Notes: a model not told the origin generated them from the sequence alone. Shown: positions 38,713 to 49,109, counted from the first letter of the stretch. The stretch: 64,000 nt of DNA from Polyangiaceae bacterium (GCA_965222375.1 CBDCTZ010000014.1:544001-608000), one strand, 5' to 3'. Numbers and translations: made by a program.

Positions 38713-40958
38713 AGAAGAAGATCGCGATTCTCGGGGGAGGCCTCGGCAGCATGACAGCTGCGTTCTGGCTGACAGAAAAGCCAGGCTGGCAAGACGACTA
38801 CGAGATCACCGTGTACCAGTTGGGCTGGCGCTTGGGAGGGAAGGGCGCGAGCGGGCGCGACACGCGCCCCGGCTACGGCGATCGAGTACTGGAGCACGGC
38901 CTGCACATCTGGTTGGGCTTCTACGACAACGCATTCTTCACCATGCGCCAGATGCAGGCCGGGCTGGCGACCTTGCCGAAACCGCCGGTGCAGACCTTCG
39001 GGTCGATCGATGCGGCGTTCACGCCGCAGAGCCTGGTCACGCTGCAAGAACGCTTTCAAGGCAAGTGGGCGGGCTGGCCATTGCTGTTCCCGCCCAACCT
39101 GGACGAGCCAGGCAAGAGCCAGGCTCACGCCTCCCTGGCGGATCTCGTTGAAGACGCTCTCGGCTGGCTTCGGAACTGGCACGACGACTTCTACACCGTG
39201 CTGGGCGAATCCCCCGCGGCAGCTGCCAACCACCACGCCCACCCGGTGTTCCATGAACTCGTTGCGCTGGAAGAAAAGCTTGGGACCGGCGTTGCGAGCG
39301 CGGTACGTCAATCCGCTCACTCGCTGCTGTCCTGGGTGCATGACCTCATGCCGGGGGTGAAGTCCCTCGTCGACGCGGAACTCACCGAAGCGCATGGGGT
39401 CATCACCGGGGCGCTGCGGCTTTGTCGCGAGGCTGCGCTGCTGGCGCTCCGCGGCCGCTTCGAGACCGACCTTCCGGCGCGGCGCTTCTTCATCACGCTC
39501 GACCTCGCTTGTAGCGCCGTGATCGGCATCCTGCAGGATGGTCTTCTCGTCCGTGGCTTCGAGTCCGCCGATGGGGAGGACTTCCGACAATGGCTCTCGC
39601 GGCATGGAGCGCAGCAGATGACCATTGATTCGCCACCCGTCGAAGTCGTCTACGATCTGGTTTTCGGCTTTCGCGATGGCGACACCGAGCAGCACAACTT
39701 TGCTGCGGGAACCTGCATGCGTGGCTTGTTGCGCATGCTCTTCGGCTACCGTGGCAACCTGATGTTCAAGATGAACGCTGGAATGGGCGACACGATTTTC
39801 ACCCCCTTCTACGGGCTGCTGAAGGCGAGGGGAGTCCGCTTCGAGTTCTTCACCCGCGTGCTGGAGCTCGGGCTTGCACCCGGCGGAAGTGAGATTGGCA
39901 GCATTCGCATTCAGCGTCAGGCCAGCGTCAAACCGGAGGTGGTCGCGAAGGGAGGCTACGATCCCCTCGTCCGCGTCAAGCAGCTGGATTGCTGGCCCGC
40001 CTGGCCCGACTTCGAACAGTTGGTCGAGGGCGACGCCTTGCGCAAAGATCCGGACAATCCTGGTCAGCCCTACAACTTGGAATCGGCGTGGACGCGCTGG
40101 CCCGGGGTGGGAGAAAGCGAGCTGCGTCGGGGCGAGCACTTCGATCTGGTGCTCTTGGGAATCAGCATTGCAGCGCTGCCCGAAATCTGTGGGCCGCTGT
40201 TGGCCAAGAGCGAGGCCTGGCGAAAGATGGTCGACACGGTTGCCACCACGCCCACACAGAGCGCGCAGCTGTGGCTCAACCACAGCGCGGCAGCGCTCGG
40301 CTGGCAGGTGCCGGAGTTTGCCAAACGTGCGGAAGCAGAGTGGGAGCGGCAACACGGGCGCAAGCTCGGGATCACCGGGCTGGTGGGTGCCTACCAGAAC
40401 CCAACCAACACCTGGGCCGACATGAGTCATCTACTGCCGGAGGAGGATTGGCCTGCCGGAGACGATCCGAAGAACGTCAGCTATCTCGTTGGGCCGCTCC
40501 CGGCGCCGGATGCCTGGCCACCCTATTCCGATCATGGCTTTCCACGCCGAATGTTCGAACAGGTGCGTCGAGACGCGACCGCCTGGACGGACGCCAACGC
40601 CGGCGTCTTATTCCCCAAGGGCCACACTCAAGCTCACCGGGGCGCCTTGGATCCAAAGTTCTTGGTCGACCCGAAGCAGCGTCGGGGCCCGGAGCGCTTT
40701 GACGCTCAGTTTTATAGAGTGAACATCGATCCCACCGAACGCTACGTGCTGTCGGTGAAGGGCAGCACCCAGGCTCGCATCGCGGGTCCGAGGTCCGGCT
40801 TCACGAACCTCGTCCTGGCGGGGGACTGGACCTACAACCGCGTTCTCAACGCGGGCTGCGTCGAGGCAACCGTCGCATCGGGTATGGAGGCGGCACAGGC
40901 TATCTGCGGCTACCCGCAGCACATCGTAGGTGACAGCGACACCGAGCGGCAGCGCTAG
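38709..40958 (+). CDS. FAD/NAD(P)-dependent oxidoreductase (carotene desaturase / amine oxidase-like superfamily)
   Basis: KIAILGGGLGSM, LGGKGASGR, EHGLHIWLGFYDN, NLVLAGDWT, GCVEATVASG; ATGA overlap with the upstream gene. Confidence 0.85.
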   Translation: MKKKIAILGGGLGSMTAAFWLTEKPGWQDDYEITVYQLGWRLGGKGASGRDTRPGYGDRVLEHGLHIWLGFYDNAFFTMRQMQAGLATLPKPPVQTFGSIDAAFTPQSLVTLQERFQGKWAGWPLLFPPNLDEPGKSQAHASLADLVEDALGWLRNWHDDFYTVLGESPAAAANHHAHPVFHELVALEEKLGTGVASAVRQSAHSLLSWVHDLMPGVKSLVDAELTEAHGVITGALRLCREAALLALRGRFETDLPARRFFITLDLACSAVIGILQDGLLVRGFESADGEDFRQWLSRHGAQQMTIDSPPVEVVYDLVFGFRDGDTEQHNFAAGTCMRGLLRMLFGYRGNLMFKMNAGMGDTIFTPFYGLLKARGVRFEFFTRVLELGLAPGGSEIGSIRIQRQASVKPEVVAKGGYDPLVRVKQLDCWPAWPDFEQLVEGDALRKDPDNPGQPYNLESAWTRWPGVGESELRRGEHFDLVLLGISIAALPEICGPLLAKSEAWRKMVDTVATTPTQSAQLWLNHSAAALGWQVPEFAKRAEAEWERQHGRKLGITGLVGAYQNPTNTWADMSHLLPEEDWPAGDDPKNVSYLVGPLPAPDAWPPYSDHGFPRRMFEQVRRDATAWTDANAGVLFPKGHTQAHRGALDPKFLVDPKQRRGPERFDAQFYRVNIDPTERYVLSVKGSTQARIAGPRSGFTNLVLAGDWTYNRVLNAGCVEATVASGMEAAQAICGYPQHIVGDSDTERQR

Positions 40959-40973
40959 GCCGGAAGTGCCCGC

Positions 40974-43409
40974 TCACTCGATCGCCTTGCCGCCGAAGAG
41001 CTTCTTGGCCAGTTTTGCCAGTCGCGCCCGAGATGCGCCGTTTCGGATCAGAGAGTGTGTGACGAGGGGTTTCCCGACCAGCTTTGGATCGAGAGTTACT
41101 TTGCCCTTCTTCGTCACTCGAAAGCCAAGTTCCGCTTTGCCCGTCTTTGGTTTGGAGCTGTACAGCACGATGTCGAAATGGCCTCGGTTCTTGGTGTCGT
41201 AGAACGCCCAGGCCAGGCCGTTGCGCTGGAAGTAGGCGTACTCGGCGTCGAATTTCCCGTCGCGCACGACCTTGCGTAGGTTCAGGCCCTTGGTGGATTT
41301 GTGGGCCAAGCTGTTGCGATCTAGATCCACCAGATAGCCGTCACTGCCCTGGGCACTGATCACGACTACGGCTTTCTGCATTCCGGCGACATCGAGCAGC
41401 TCGAAGCCAGCACCGCGATGGTCCTTGTGCGGATGAGGGAAGCTCTCGATGCCGGGGCCCTTGGCGCTCATCAGCTTCAGAAAGCTCTTGCCGATCAGCG
41501 CCTTGAGCGCTTTTGCGTGAGCGGGCTTGGTGAGCAACTCCGGCCGAATCAGTTTTCGCCCCACGTTTTCCAGGCTGTCCGTGCGGGCGCCACTGGCGTC
41601 GACGTTCTTCGCGGAGGCGGCGACGTAGAGGCGGCTGCCAGGGGAATGCAGCGCGAGATCGAAACGCCCGTCGTCGTCCGTGTCGTACCAGACCCACATC
41701 TGATTGCCCTGGCTGACGATGCTGACTTCGGCGTCGAAGTTCTTGTCGATCTTGTCCGCTGTCGTGCTCCGGGGCAGTTTGCCGATGCTGTTGCCGTCCA
41801 AGTCCAGCACGATGCGAGTGGAGAACGCGGTTCTGATGCGCAAGGTATCTTTGGCGCCGTCGCGATTGGCATCCATCGAGTAGGCCTTGCCAGTGGCGCC
41901 GATGGGTTCGGGTAGGGTCTCCGCCCCTTGGCTCCCGCGGTCCAGGTAGCGGGATGGGAACGCGCCCTTCGCGATCCGGATGAGCCGCGGGCGCACGGCT
42001 TCGCTCGCCAGAAGATTGGGCCGCACGATGCGCCCGCTGCGCAGCGAAGCGTCTTTCTTCAGCGAACCACCGGGAGCGACCCGGTACGCTGCCCGAGGGC
42101 GGCCGGTGATTCCATCATCGACGAGCAGCACATCCATCTTGCCGTCGTTGTCCGTGTCGTACCAAACGTAGGCGTTTCGTTCGATTCGCAGATAGACCAT
42201 CTCGGCATCAAAACGCTTCTTTTCGTAGACCTCCGTCAGCGAAGGCAACCGGCGCGAGCCGCGAAAGCTGTCCTGGTCGACGTCCACGAAGACCGCGGCG
42301 CTCTGGCGTGGGCAAAAGCTGCAAGGGCGCCGACCCTGAAGTAGTAGCGCGTCTACCCGACCGTCCAGGTCTACGTCCTCGTAGCTTGCGTCACCGCCAC
42401 CGTCTTTCCAGGGGTCGGGCAAGAGTTGGGCGGGCTTGGCGGGCAGCTTCTTGACGAACTGCTCGACTTCTTTGCGATGGATGTGAAAGGAAAGTAGTCC
42501 GCCGGTCTTGCGATCTCGGTTGGAGAAGGCGTTTAGACCGATGAGCCTACCTTGATCGCTCACCAGCGGCCCGCCGCTATCTCCAGGCAGGATGTTGCAG
42601 GTGGACTGGATCACGAGCCCGAGGTTCTGCTTGTTCAGGAACTTCTTGAACTTGTCTGCCGACGCCCGGCCCTTCTTGTCGTCCTTGAAGCGTGCCAAAG
42701 AAGCCAGCTGCTCGCTCAGCTTGCCGAGAGCCGAGACCTCACCCGTCTTCAGCGCCCACAGCATTCCCGCGCCCGCGTGCCCAACGGCATGCACCGCCTG
42801 ACCGGGCACCGGGTTCTTCTTGTCCAGGCGCACATAGGGCAGTTTCGGTGGCGGGTTGGTCATCTTGAGCAGCGCCAGATCCCGCAGCTTGTCGGACTTG
42901 TAGACCACGGCATCGTAGGTCTTTTCCTGCCGTGTCATCCCACCGCTCTGCTTGTCGATCTTGCCGAGGATGACCGAAACCGTCTTGCGAAACTCCTCGC
43001 TCTTGCCGTGCTCAACCACATGGTGATTGGTGACGATCCAGCCTTTGGGGTTGATGATGACGCCGGTTCCCATCCCGTTGGGAACGCGAATGATAGCCGT
43101 AGCCGGCGCCACGAGGCGATAGAGCTCTGCGGACGTCTTTGGTGGCGCCTTGGCGGTCTTCATCAAACCCAAAGTGTCCGGCGCCACCGCGGTGCGCGCT
43201 CGGCGATCGAGCAACTTGGGGCTTGGCACTCGCGCGCCGTCTGGAATGTCTCCGGAGCCCTCTTGCGGGGATCCACTTGCGCCAGCTGGCTTCGCCTGGT
43301 CCGTGCTGCCTGTCGCGGCGCTGTTGCTTGCTGGGCCGGACTGCGTACCGCCGCAACACATGAGGAGCGCCGCGACGGCTAGGTGCATTGAATGACGCCA
43401 AAGTTCCAT
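40974..43409 (-). CDS. Trypsin-like (S1) serine protease lipoprotein with threefold C-terminal repeat
   Basis: Catalytic triad TNHHV / DLALL / GDSGGP; hydrophobic signal ending LLMCC; DxDxDG loops. Confidence 0.88.
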   Translation of the reverse strand: MELWRHSMHLAVAALLMCCGGTQSGPASNSAATGSTDQAKPAGASGSPQEGSGDIPDGARVPSPKLLDRRARTAVAPDTLGLMKTAKAPPKTSAELYRLVAPATAIIRVPNGMGTGVIINPKGWIVTNHHVVEHGKSEEFRKTVSVILGKIDKQSGGMTRQEKTYDAVVYKSDKLRDLALLKMTNPPPKLPYVRLDKKNPVPGQAVHAVGHAGAGMLWALKTGEVSALGKLSEQLASLARFKDDKKGRASADKFKKFLNKQNLGLVIQSTCNILPGDSGGPLVSDQGRLIGLNAFSNRDRKTGGLLSFHIHRKEVEQFVKKLPAKPAQLLPDPWKDGGGDASYEDVDLDGRVDALLLQGRRPCSFCPRQSAAVFVDVDQDSFRGSRRLPSLTEVYEKKRFDAEMVYLRIERNAYVWYDTDNDGKMDVLLVDDGITGRPRAAYRVAPGGSLKKDASLRSGRIVRPNLLASEAVRPRLIRIAKGAFPSRYLDRGSQGAETLPEPIGATGKAYSMDANRDGAKDTLRIRTAFSTRIVLDLDGNSIGKLPRSTTADKIDKNFDAEVSIVSQGNQMWVWYDTDDDGRFDLALHSPGSRLYVAASAKNVDASGARTDSLENVGRKLIRPELLTKPAHAKALKALIGKSFLKLMSAKGPGIESFPHPHKDHRGAGFELLDVAGMQKAVVVISAQGSDGYLVDLDRNSLAHKSTKGLNLRKVVRDGKFDAEYAYFQRNGLAWAFYDTKNRGHFDIVLYSSKPKTGKAELGFRVTKKGKVTLDPKLVGKPLVTHSLIRNGASRARLAKLAKKLFGGKAIE

Positions 43410-43546
43410 TAGGGTTCCCCAAGCAGGTTTGGGTGAGAGATTAGCACGGCGAAGAAAAAAGGCGCCAAAGCGCCCTGTAGCCGTCCGGGAGCGGCTATTT
43501 CTTGAAGATCCATACGGCGCGCCATGAGTGGGGGCCGCCGGAAGCG

Positions 43547-43798
43547 TCAGAGTTCGGCGACGATGCGCGCCAGGACGTAAATGCAGAGCGCGACGATCCA
43601 GAGTGCCGCGCGCCGTTTCATGCCCGTCTCCATCCCCCACATCGGTGCCAACGGCACGACGATCAAGGCGACCGGTCCCCGCCACCAGGGCGGGCGCCGA
43701 AGCAAGCTGTAGGACAGTGTCAGGTGGGTCGTGATCAGAACCGCGAAGGAACCCACGAGGAGGGAAAGGACTAGGGCGTCCAAGGCGAAGGGCAGCAT
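43547..43798 (-). CDS. Small membrane protein (about 3 TM)
   Basis: 83 aa, strongly hydrophobic. Confidence 0.65.
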   Translation of the reverse strand: MLPFALDALVLSLLVGSFAVLITTHLTLSYSLLRRPPWWRGPVALIVVPLAPMWGMETGMKRRAALWIVALCIYVLARIVAEL

Positions 43799-43987
43799 AA
43801 CGAAAGCGTCAGGGCAGGCAAAAGTAGCCAGCTCCAGCCCGGGCCGTTGCGGCTCCGCGTTGCGGGCCTCTCAGGCGGGATCCAAAAGCCTTTCAAATAC
43901 AGCTAGTTACGAGTAGGGGCTGAGTGTCCCGCGAAGCTTCTCCCCACGAACTGACGTCGACTGATTAGAGCGCGCTATGCTGCGCTC

Positions 43988-45856
43988 GTGCGAATCGACC
44001 ATGTTCTCTTTGCCTCTGTCTTGGGCGCGCTCCTGGCGCCCCTACCCATTGCGGGCCTGGCGCAAGCCGATGGCATTGCCAGTCGCCCTGACATCATGCC
44101 GGTCAGCGCGATCAAGCCCGGGATGAAAGGGCATGGCCTTACAGTTTTCGAGGGCACCAAGCCCGAGAAGTTCGAGATTGAAGTCATCGACGTCCTGAAG
44201 AACTTCCAGCCGCGTCAAGAGCTGATCTTGATCAAGACCAAGCACCCACGGCTGGAGGTGGTCAAGGTCGTTGCAGGTATGAGCGGGAGCCCGATCTACA
44301 TCAACAACAAGATGATCGGTGCCTACGCCTATGGCTGGACCTTCGGCAAGGAGCCCGTCGCTGGCGTGACCCCAATCCGCAGCATGCTCGATGATCTCGC
44401 GCGCCCAATCCCCAAATCGATCCATGGTTGGCCCCTGGCGGTGCTGCCGAAGGGCAAGAAGGTTGCCGCGAATAGGTCTCGCTCGGGTCAGAGGTACGCG
44501 GGCTTGGCTGACAAATACGACCTACGCAAGCATGGGCAGCAAGTCGCCAAGAGGCGGGCAGTGCGTCTACCCGGCAAGGACAGTCCCGTTGCGCCGGTGG
44601 CCACACCAATGCTTCTCGGTGGCATGAGCGCCGGTGCCATCGGGTTGGCTCGGGAACTCCTGGCGCCCATGGGCTTGGAGCCCCTCCAAGCCGGAGGTGG
44701 CGGAAAGGCCGAACCTGGAGCGCCAACCCGCTACGTTGACGGTGGCGCGGTGGGTGTGCAGCTGGTTCGCGGCGACATGAGCGCCATGGGTTTGGGAACG
44801 GTGACCCGCGTGGAAGGCGATAAGCTGGTCGCCTTCGGGCATCCGATGATGCAAGCAGGCGTCACCGCGCTGCCAACGGCCATTGGGCGTGTGCTGTGGT
44901 TCTTGGCCAGCGATATGCGCTCCTTCAAGATTGGCATGCCTGCCCGCAGCGTCGGCGCGATGATCAATGACCGGCTGGCGTCCATCGTGGTGAGTCACAA
45001 GGCCAAAGCACCCACGTTCCCGGTTACGCTGAAGATCAAGGGTGTGAAAGGTGCGCCCTACACCACGTGGAAGTTCGAAATCGCCCACGAAAAATTCATG
45101 ACTCCGGCGTTCATGTCGATTGCCATGGGCAGCGCACTTCAAGCAACGGCTTCCGAACGACAGGACGTGAGTTGGACGGCGACCAGCAAGTTGCGAGTGA
45201 AAGGTCACGGCACGATCAAGCTGCAAGACTACGGTGTGGCGATAGGGGGCACTCCGGACCCGAATGACTTCGTTCGATCCAACCTGGTACGCGCGGTCGG
45301 GGGCATTTTGAACAACCCCTGGGAGTCGGCATTCGTGCAAAGCGCGGAGATGGAAATCGAACTGCGCTACGCCCGCGAAATGCTGAAGTTGAGGGGAGCG
45401 GAGGCCCTCGAGTCCGAAATCGAGGCGGGGCGCCCAGCGCGGATTCGACTGACCCTCGTGCCTTACGCGGGCAAGGAGATCCACCGGGTCGTGACCGTGC
45501 CGATTCCGGCACATATGGCGGGCAAGAAGGTGACCCTGCAAATCGGTCCCGGCTACCTTGAGAAGAAGGAGCGCGCCGATGCCGAGAATCTCGGCGACCT
45601 GGTGCGCAACCTCGAGGACCGGACCTACCCGGTCCGTTCCGCAGTGGTCTCCTACGCAACGGGGGATGGCGCCGTCTCCTTCAAAGGTCGAGTGGCCAAG
45701 AACCTGCCCCCAGGCGCGCTGGATATCCTGCGCCCAACCTCGGCCTCGGTGGCGCCGAAATCCTTCAAATCCGAGGCCCGACATACGGTACCCCTCGGGC
45801 AGTTCATGGTCGGTAACGACCGAGTTCAAATTAGTGTAAAGCCAGTGTTGCGGTAG
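43988..45856 (+). CDS. SpoIVB/peptidase S55-domain protein
   Basis: Signal peptide; IKPGMKGHGLTVFEG, VAGMSGSPIY, GTVT...LVAFGHPM. Confidence 0.88.
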   Translation: MRIDHVLFASVLGALLAPLPIAGLAQADGIASRPDIMPVSAIKPGMKGHGLTVFEGTKPEKFEIEVIDVLKNFQPRQELILIKTKHPRLEVVKVVAGMSGSPIYINNKMIGAYAYGWTFGKEPVAGVTPIRSMLDDLARPIPKSIHGWPLAVLPKGKKVAANRSRSGQRYAGLADKYDLRKHGQQVAKRRAVRLPGKDSPVAPVATPMLLGGMSAGAIGLARELLAPMGLEPLQAGGGGKAEPGAPTRYVDGGAVGVQLVRGDMSAMGLGTVTRVEGDKLVAFGHPMMQAGVTALPTAIGRVLWFLASDMRSFKIGMPARSVGAMINDRLASIVVSHKAKAPTFPVTLKIKGVKGAPYTTWKFEIAHEKFMTPAFMSIAMGSALQATASERQDVSWTATSKLRVKGHGTIKLQDYGVAIGGTPDPNDFVRSNLVRAVGGILNNPWESAFVQSAEMEIELRYAREMLKLRGAEALESEIEAGRPARIRLTLVPYAGKEIHRVVTVPIPAHMAGKKVTLQIGPGYLEKKERADAENLGDLVRNLEDRTYPVRSAVVSYATGDGAVSFKGRVAKNLPPGALDILRPTSASVAPKSFKSEARHTVPLGQFMVGNDRVQISVKPVLR

Positions 45857-45910
45857 GCCGGCGCGCCCGCGCCCGCTTCAGCAAGAATCGTCTAGCAAGG
45901 TGATCCTCTC

Positions 45911-47980
45911 GTGTTGACTCGAAACAGCTTCTACAAAGGCTTGATTGGTTTGGCGTCCGCTCTGGGCTTCATGGTCTTGGCGGACCCGGCATCCGCGGTA
46001 GGAACGCGCCGCTTTGTTCTCGACTCAGGTGACGAGCTCAAGGGAGGTGACCTCAAAGGCGTTGCCGTCGACGCTTCGGGCCGCGTCCGTGCGGGGTTCA
46101 ATCTGGGGTCGACTCAGGTGAGCGAAGCTTCGGCGATCTGGGCAGCGCTACCGCGGAAGGATGGTTCAATCCTGCTCGGCACGGGCAACGAAGGCAAACT
46201 ACTCAAGGTCAATGGTGCCAAGGTCAGCGTACTTGCAGAGACCAAAGCGCTCGTCGTGACTTCCTTGACCGAAGCCTGGGGTGGCAGTGTGGCTATGGGC
46301 ACGATGCCCGACGGTAAGGTGATGAAGTGGGACCGCGGCAAGCTGTCGGACCTTGCGACCCTCAAGGGCGCCGAGCACGTTTGGCAGGTTGCTTTCGACA
46401 AGAAGAGCAACAGTGTGCTGGCGGCAACCGGCCCAGAAGGAAAGCTCTACAGGATTGGGCAGACTGGGCAAGCCCAGGTCGTCTTCGACGCCCCTGAGCA
46501 ACACTTGATGAGCGTCGCGGTCGCGCCCGACGGAACCATCTACGCGGGTGCCAGCGACAAGGCGAAGCTGTACAAAATCACTGCGCCTGGGCGCGCGTCT
46601 GTTTTGTACGACTTTGGCCGCACCGAAGTCCGTGCCATCGCAGTTGGCGCCAAGGGAGATGTGTACGCCGTCGCCAACGAGATCAAGAGCGGCAGCTATT
46701 CGTCTTCGCGGTCTAGCTCGTCCTTGAGCAAGTCCGGCGCTCGCCCAGCCCGCAAGCCGCCGAAGACCAAGGGCAAGGGTACGCTGTATCACTTCAGCCC
46801 TAGCGGCTCGCCGGACCAGCTGATCGACGACAAGAAGGAGCACTTTCTATCCGTCGCGATAGGCGATGATGGTCGACCCTACGTGGGCACCGGCGTCGAG
46901 GGCAGGGTCTACACGGTGACGGACGCACATCACGTCGTGCTCGTGGCGGACACAGAGGAGCGTCAGGTCAACGTGCTCTCGGTCAAGGGCAAGCAGCGCT
47001 TTTTGGGCGCGAGCGATCCCGCAGTATTGCATCCCATCCGTGGCGTGGGCGGACAAGACGCCGTCTGGACCAGCAAGGTATTCGATGCCGGGCTGCGCGC
47101 GAGCTTCGGTCGAATGACCTGGCGCACCACGGGAACTTTGGAACTTTCTACGCGAACCGGGAACACCAAAGAGCCCGACGACACCTGGAGCGCATGGAGT
47201 GCGGGGATGACTGCGGCGGGCAAGGTGAAAAGCCCGCCTGGACGCTACGTGCAGGTGCGGGCTCGCTGGAACCGCGATGCGGCCGCAGTCTTATCTGAGG
47301 TCACTCTGCCCTTTGTCACGGACAATCTGCGAGCCACCGTGACGGAGATCACCACGGGAAGCTCGTCCAAATCGAGCTCATCGAGTTCGTCTTCGAAGTC
47401 TCTGCAGGCCTCTGGCAGCCCTGTCGACAAGAAGCCCAACACCAAGGTGGAGCTGAAGTGGAAAGTAAACAACCCGGACAAGGATGCGCTTCGCTTCCGG
47501 GTGCAGTACCGACTGGTGGGCACGACGACTTGGTACGAACTGCTGAAACCTCGCGAAAAGCTCAGCAAGGAAAAGTACTCGTGGGATACAGCGGATCTGC
47601 CTGAGGGTGAGTATCGGGTGCGTGTCGTGGCCACGGATGAGCTGTCGAATCCACCTGACAAGGTGCGCCGCCACGAGCTCGAGAGTACGGTGATCCTGGT
47701 GGACAACACGGCTCCGCGAGTGGAAAACCTCACCGCTCAGGCGCGCCGGGTCCGCGGTCGCGCTATCGATGGCGTTGGACCCATCAAGAGGATCGAGATC
47801 TCCGTCGCCGGCAGCGACGAGTGGTACCCCTTCTTCCCGAAGGATGGGATCTTCGACGAGCAAGCAGAGGACTTCGACGCGGATGTTTCCACGTTCGTGC
47901 CGGCAGGCGCAGCGATGCTCTCGGTGCGCGTTTACGACACCGCGAACAACTTCGTGATTCGCAACGTCGCCGTCAAGTAG
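45911..47980 (+). CDS. Secreted beta-propeller protein with C-terminal Fn3/Ig-like domains
   Basis: Repeated blades (ILLGTGNEGKL, VLAATGPEGKLY, PYVGTGVEGRVY); WSAWS, LKWKVNNPDKD, GEYRVRVVATD, VDNTAP. Confidence 0.8.
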   Translation: MLTRNSFYKGLIGLASALGFMVLADPASAVGTRRFVLDSGDELKGGDLKGVAVDASGRVRAGFNLGSTQVSEASAIWAALPRKDGSILLGTGNEGKLLKVNGAKVSVLAETKALVVTSLTEAWGGSVAMGTMPDGKVMKWDRGKLSDLATLKGAEHVWQVAFDKKSNSVLAATGPEGKLYRIGQTGQAQVVFDAPEQHLMSVAVAPDGTIYAGASDKAKLYKITAPGRASVLYDFGRTEVRAIAVGAKGDVYAVANEIKSGSYSSSRSSSSLSKSGARPARKPPKTKGKGTLYHFSPSGSPDQLIDDKKEHFLSVAIGDDGRPYVGTGVEGRVYTVTDAHHVVLVADTEERQVNVLSVKGKQRFLGASDPAVLHPIRGVGGQDAVWTSKVFDAGLRASFGRMTWRTTGTLELSTRTGNTKEPDDTWSAWSAGMTAAGKVKSPPGRYVQVRARWNRDAAAVLSEVTLPFVTDNLRATVTEITTGSSSKSSSSSSSSKSLQASGSPVDKKPNTKVELKWKVNNPDKDALRFRVQYRLVGTTTWYELLKPREKLSKEKYSWDTADLPEGEYRVRVVATDELSNPPDKVRRHELESTVILVDNTAPRVENLTAQARRVRGRAIDGVGPIKRIEISVAGSDEWYPFFPKDGIFDEQAEDFDADVSTFVPAGAAMLSVRVYDTANNFVIRNVAVK

Positions 47981-48089
47981 CGCCCGCCACGAAAGGGTTG
48001 AGCCGCACGTGACATGGCTGCCAGGGGTGACACGGTCGCCCGGGCGCGCTTTGATGGCAAAAGTCCGGGATTTTGAAGATTTGCCCCTT

Positions 48090-48105
48090 CGGCACGGCGT
48101 GTGCT
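48090..48105 (+). promoter_or_regulatory. Putative sigma54 (-24/-12) promoter
   Basis: CGGCACGGCGTGTGCT: GG-N10-GC with a GGCACG core, about 57 nt upstream of ATG 48162. Confidence 0.45.
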
Positions 48106-48161
48106 CAATTCTTCTGCAAGTGCTACATTTTCTTGCTGGATCCTTGAGCCCCTCATCAAAG

Positions 48162-49109
48162 ATGTTGCGCACATTTGCCCTCCTGGTGCTGGCCGTGTTC
48201 ACGACCTTTGCCTGTGCGTCCATCGAAGAGGAATCCAGCAGTTCTGACGCATCCTGCGTAGGCATCGGATGTCAGCCGGTGGATGCAGGGCGAGATCAGT
48301 TCACCGCGGATGTGGCCGTGCCAGATGGTGCCACCGACTCTGGGGGGCCTCCGATGATCAACCCCTTGTGCGGAAAGGGCTGCGATCCCGACGAGGCGGC
48401 GGCTTGTGCGAACTTCGCACCGCCCGCCTCCGACGCTGGCACGGCGGATGCGGGGGACGCCTCCGATGGCTATGCGGATGGTGGGCCGAAGTTGGACGCC
48501 GGAGTCAGCGAAGGCGGCCCGGCGAATGCCTTCGGGTGTTTCGTATCGGTGGACGGGACCGAGCCCAAAGCCGAGTGCTCCACCGCCGGCACGGGCAGCA
48601 CTGGCGCACCTTGTGTCAGTTCTGCGGATTGCGCAGCCGGTTTTGCTTGTGTCGGCGACGCCAGCGCTGCGCAATGCCGTCCCTATTGCTGCAACCAGAA
48701 GACGGATTGTGAGCCGGGCACCTACTGTGCCGAGCGCACCTTTCGTGACGAGAGCGGACCCACTACGTCGAAAGTGCCCGTGTGCGTTCAGGCGGATAAC
48801 TGCGACTTGTCGGAACCCTACCCGTGCCCGCCGAACCAGCAGTGCACATGCAAAGACGGTCAAGCTTGCGCGGTGGTGCGCAGGGACGGCACGACTAGCT
48901 GTGTGATGCCTGGCAAAGGGCTAGCGGGTGACGAATGCCCCTGCGCGCCTGGCCATGTCTGTGCGAAAGCCACCAACAGCTGCTTGAAGCTCTGCAACAC
49001 CCAAGCGACGGTGAGCGAATGCGGTAGCGGCAAGTGCCAAGGCGCCTCGTACCTGCCCGACGGCTACGGCGTTTGTGTGTTGACGCCGCCGGACAGCGGA
49101 AAGCCCTAG
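48162..49109 (+). CDS. Cys-rich lipoprotein
   Basis: Lipobox TFAC; D-A-G linker; more than 25 Cys in the C-terminal region. Confidence 0.8.
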   Translation: MLRTFALLVLAVFTTFACASIEEESSSSDASCVGIGCQPVDAGRDQFTADVAVPDGATDSGGPPMINPLCGKGCDPDEAAACANFAPPASDAGTADAGDASDGYADGGPKLDAGVSEGGPANAFGCFVSVDGTEPKAECSTAGTGSTGAPCVSSADCAAGFACVGDASAAQCRPYCCNQKTDCEPGTYCAERTFRDESGPTTSKVPVCVQADNCDLSEPYPCPPNQQCTCKDGQACAVVRRDGTTSCVMPGKGLAGDECPCAPGHVCAKATNSCLKLCNTQATVSECGSGKCQGASYLPDGYGVCVLTPPDSGKP

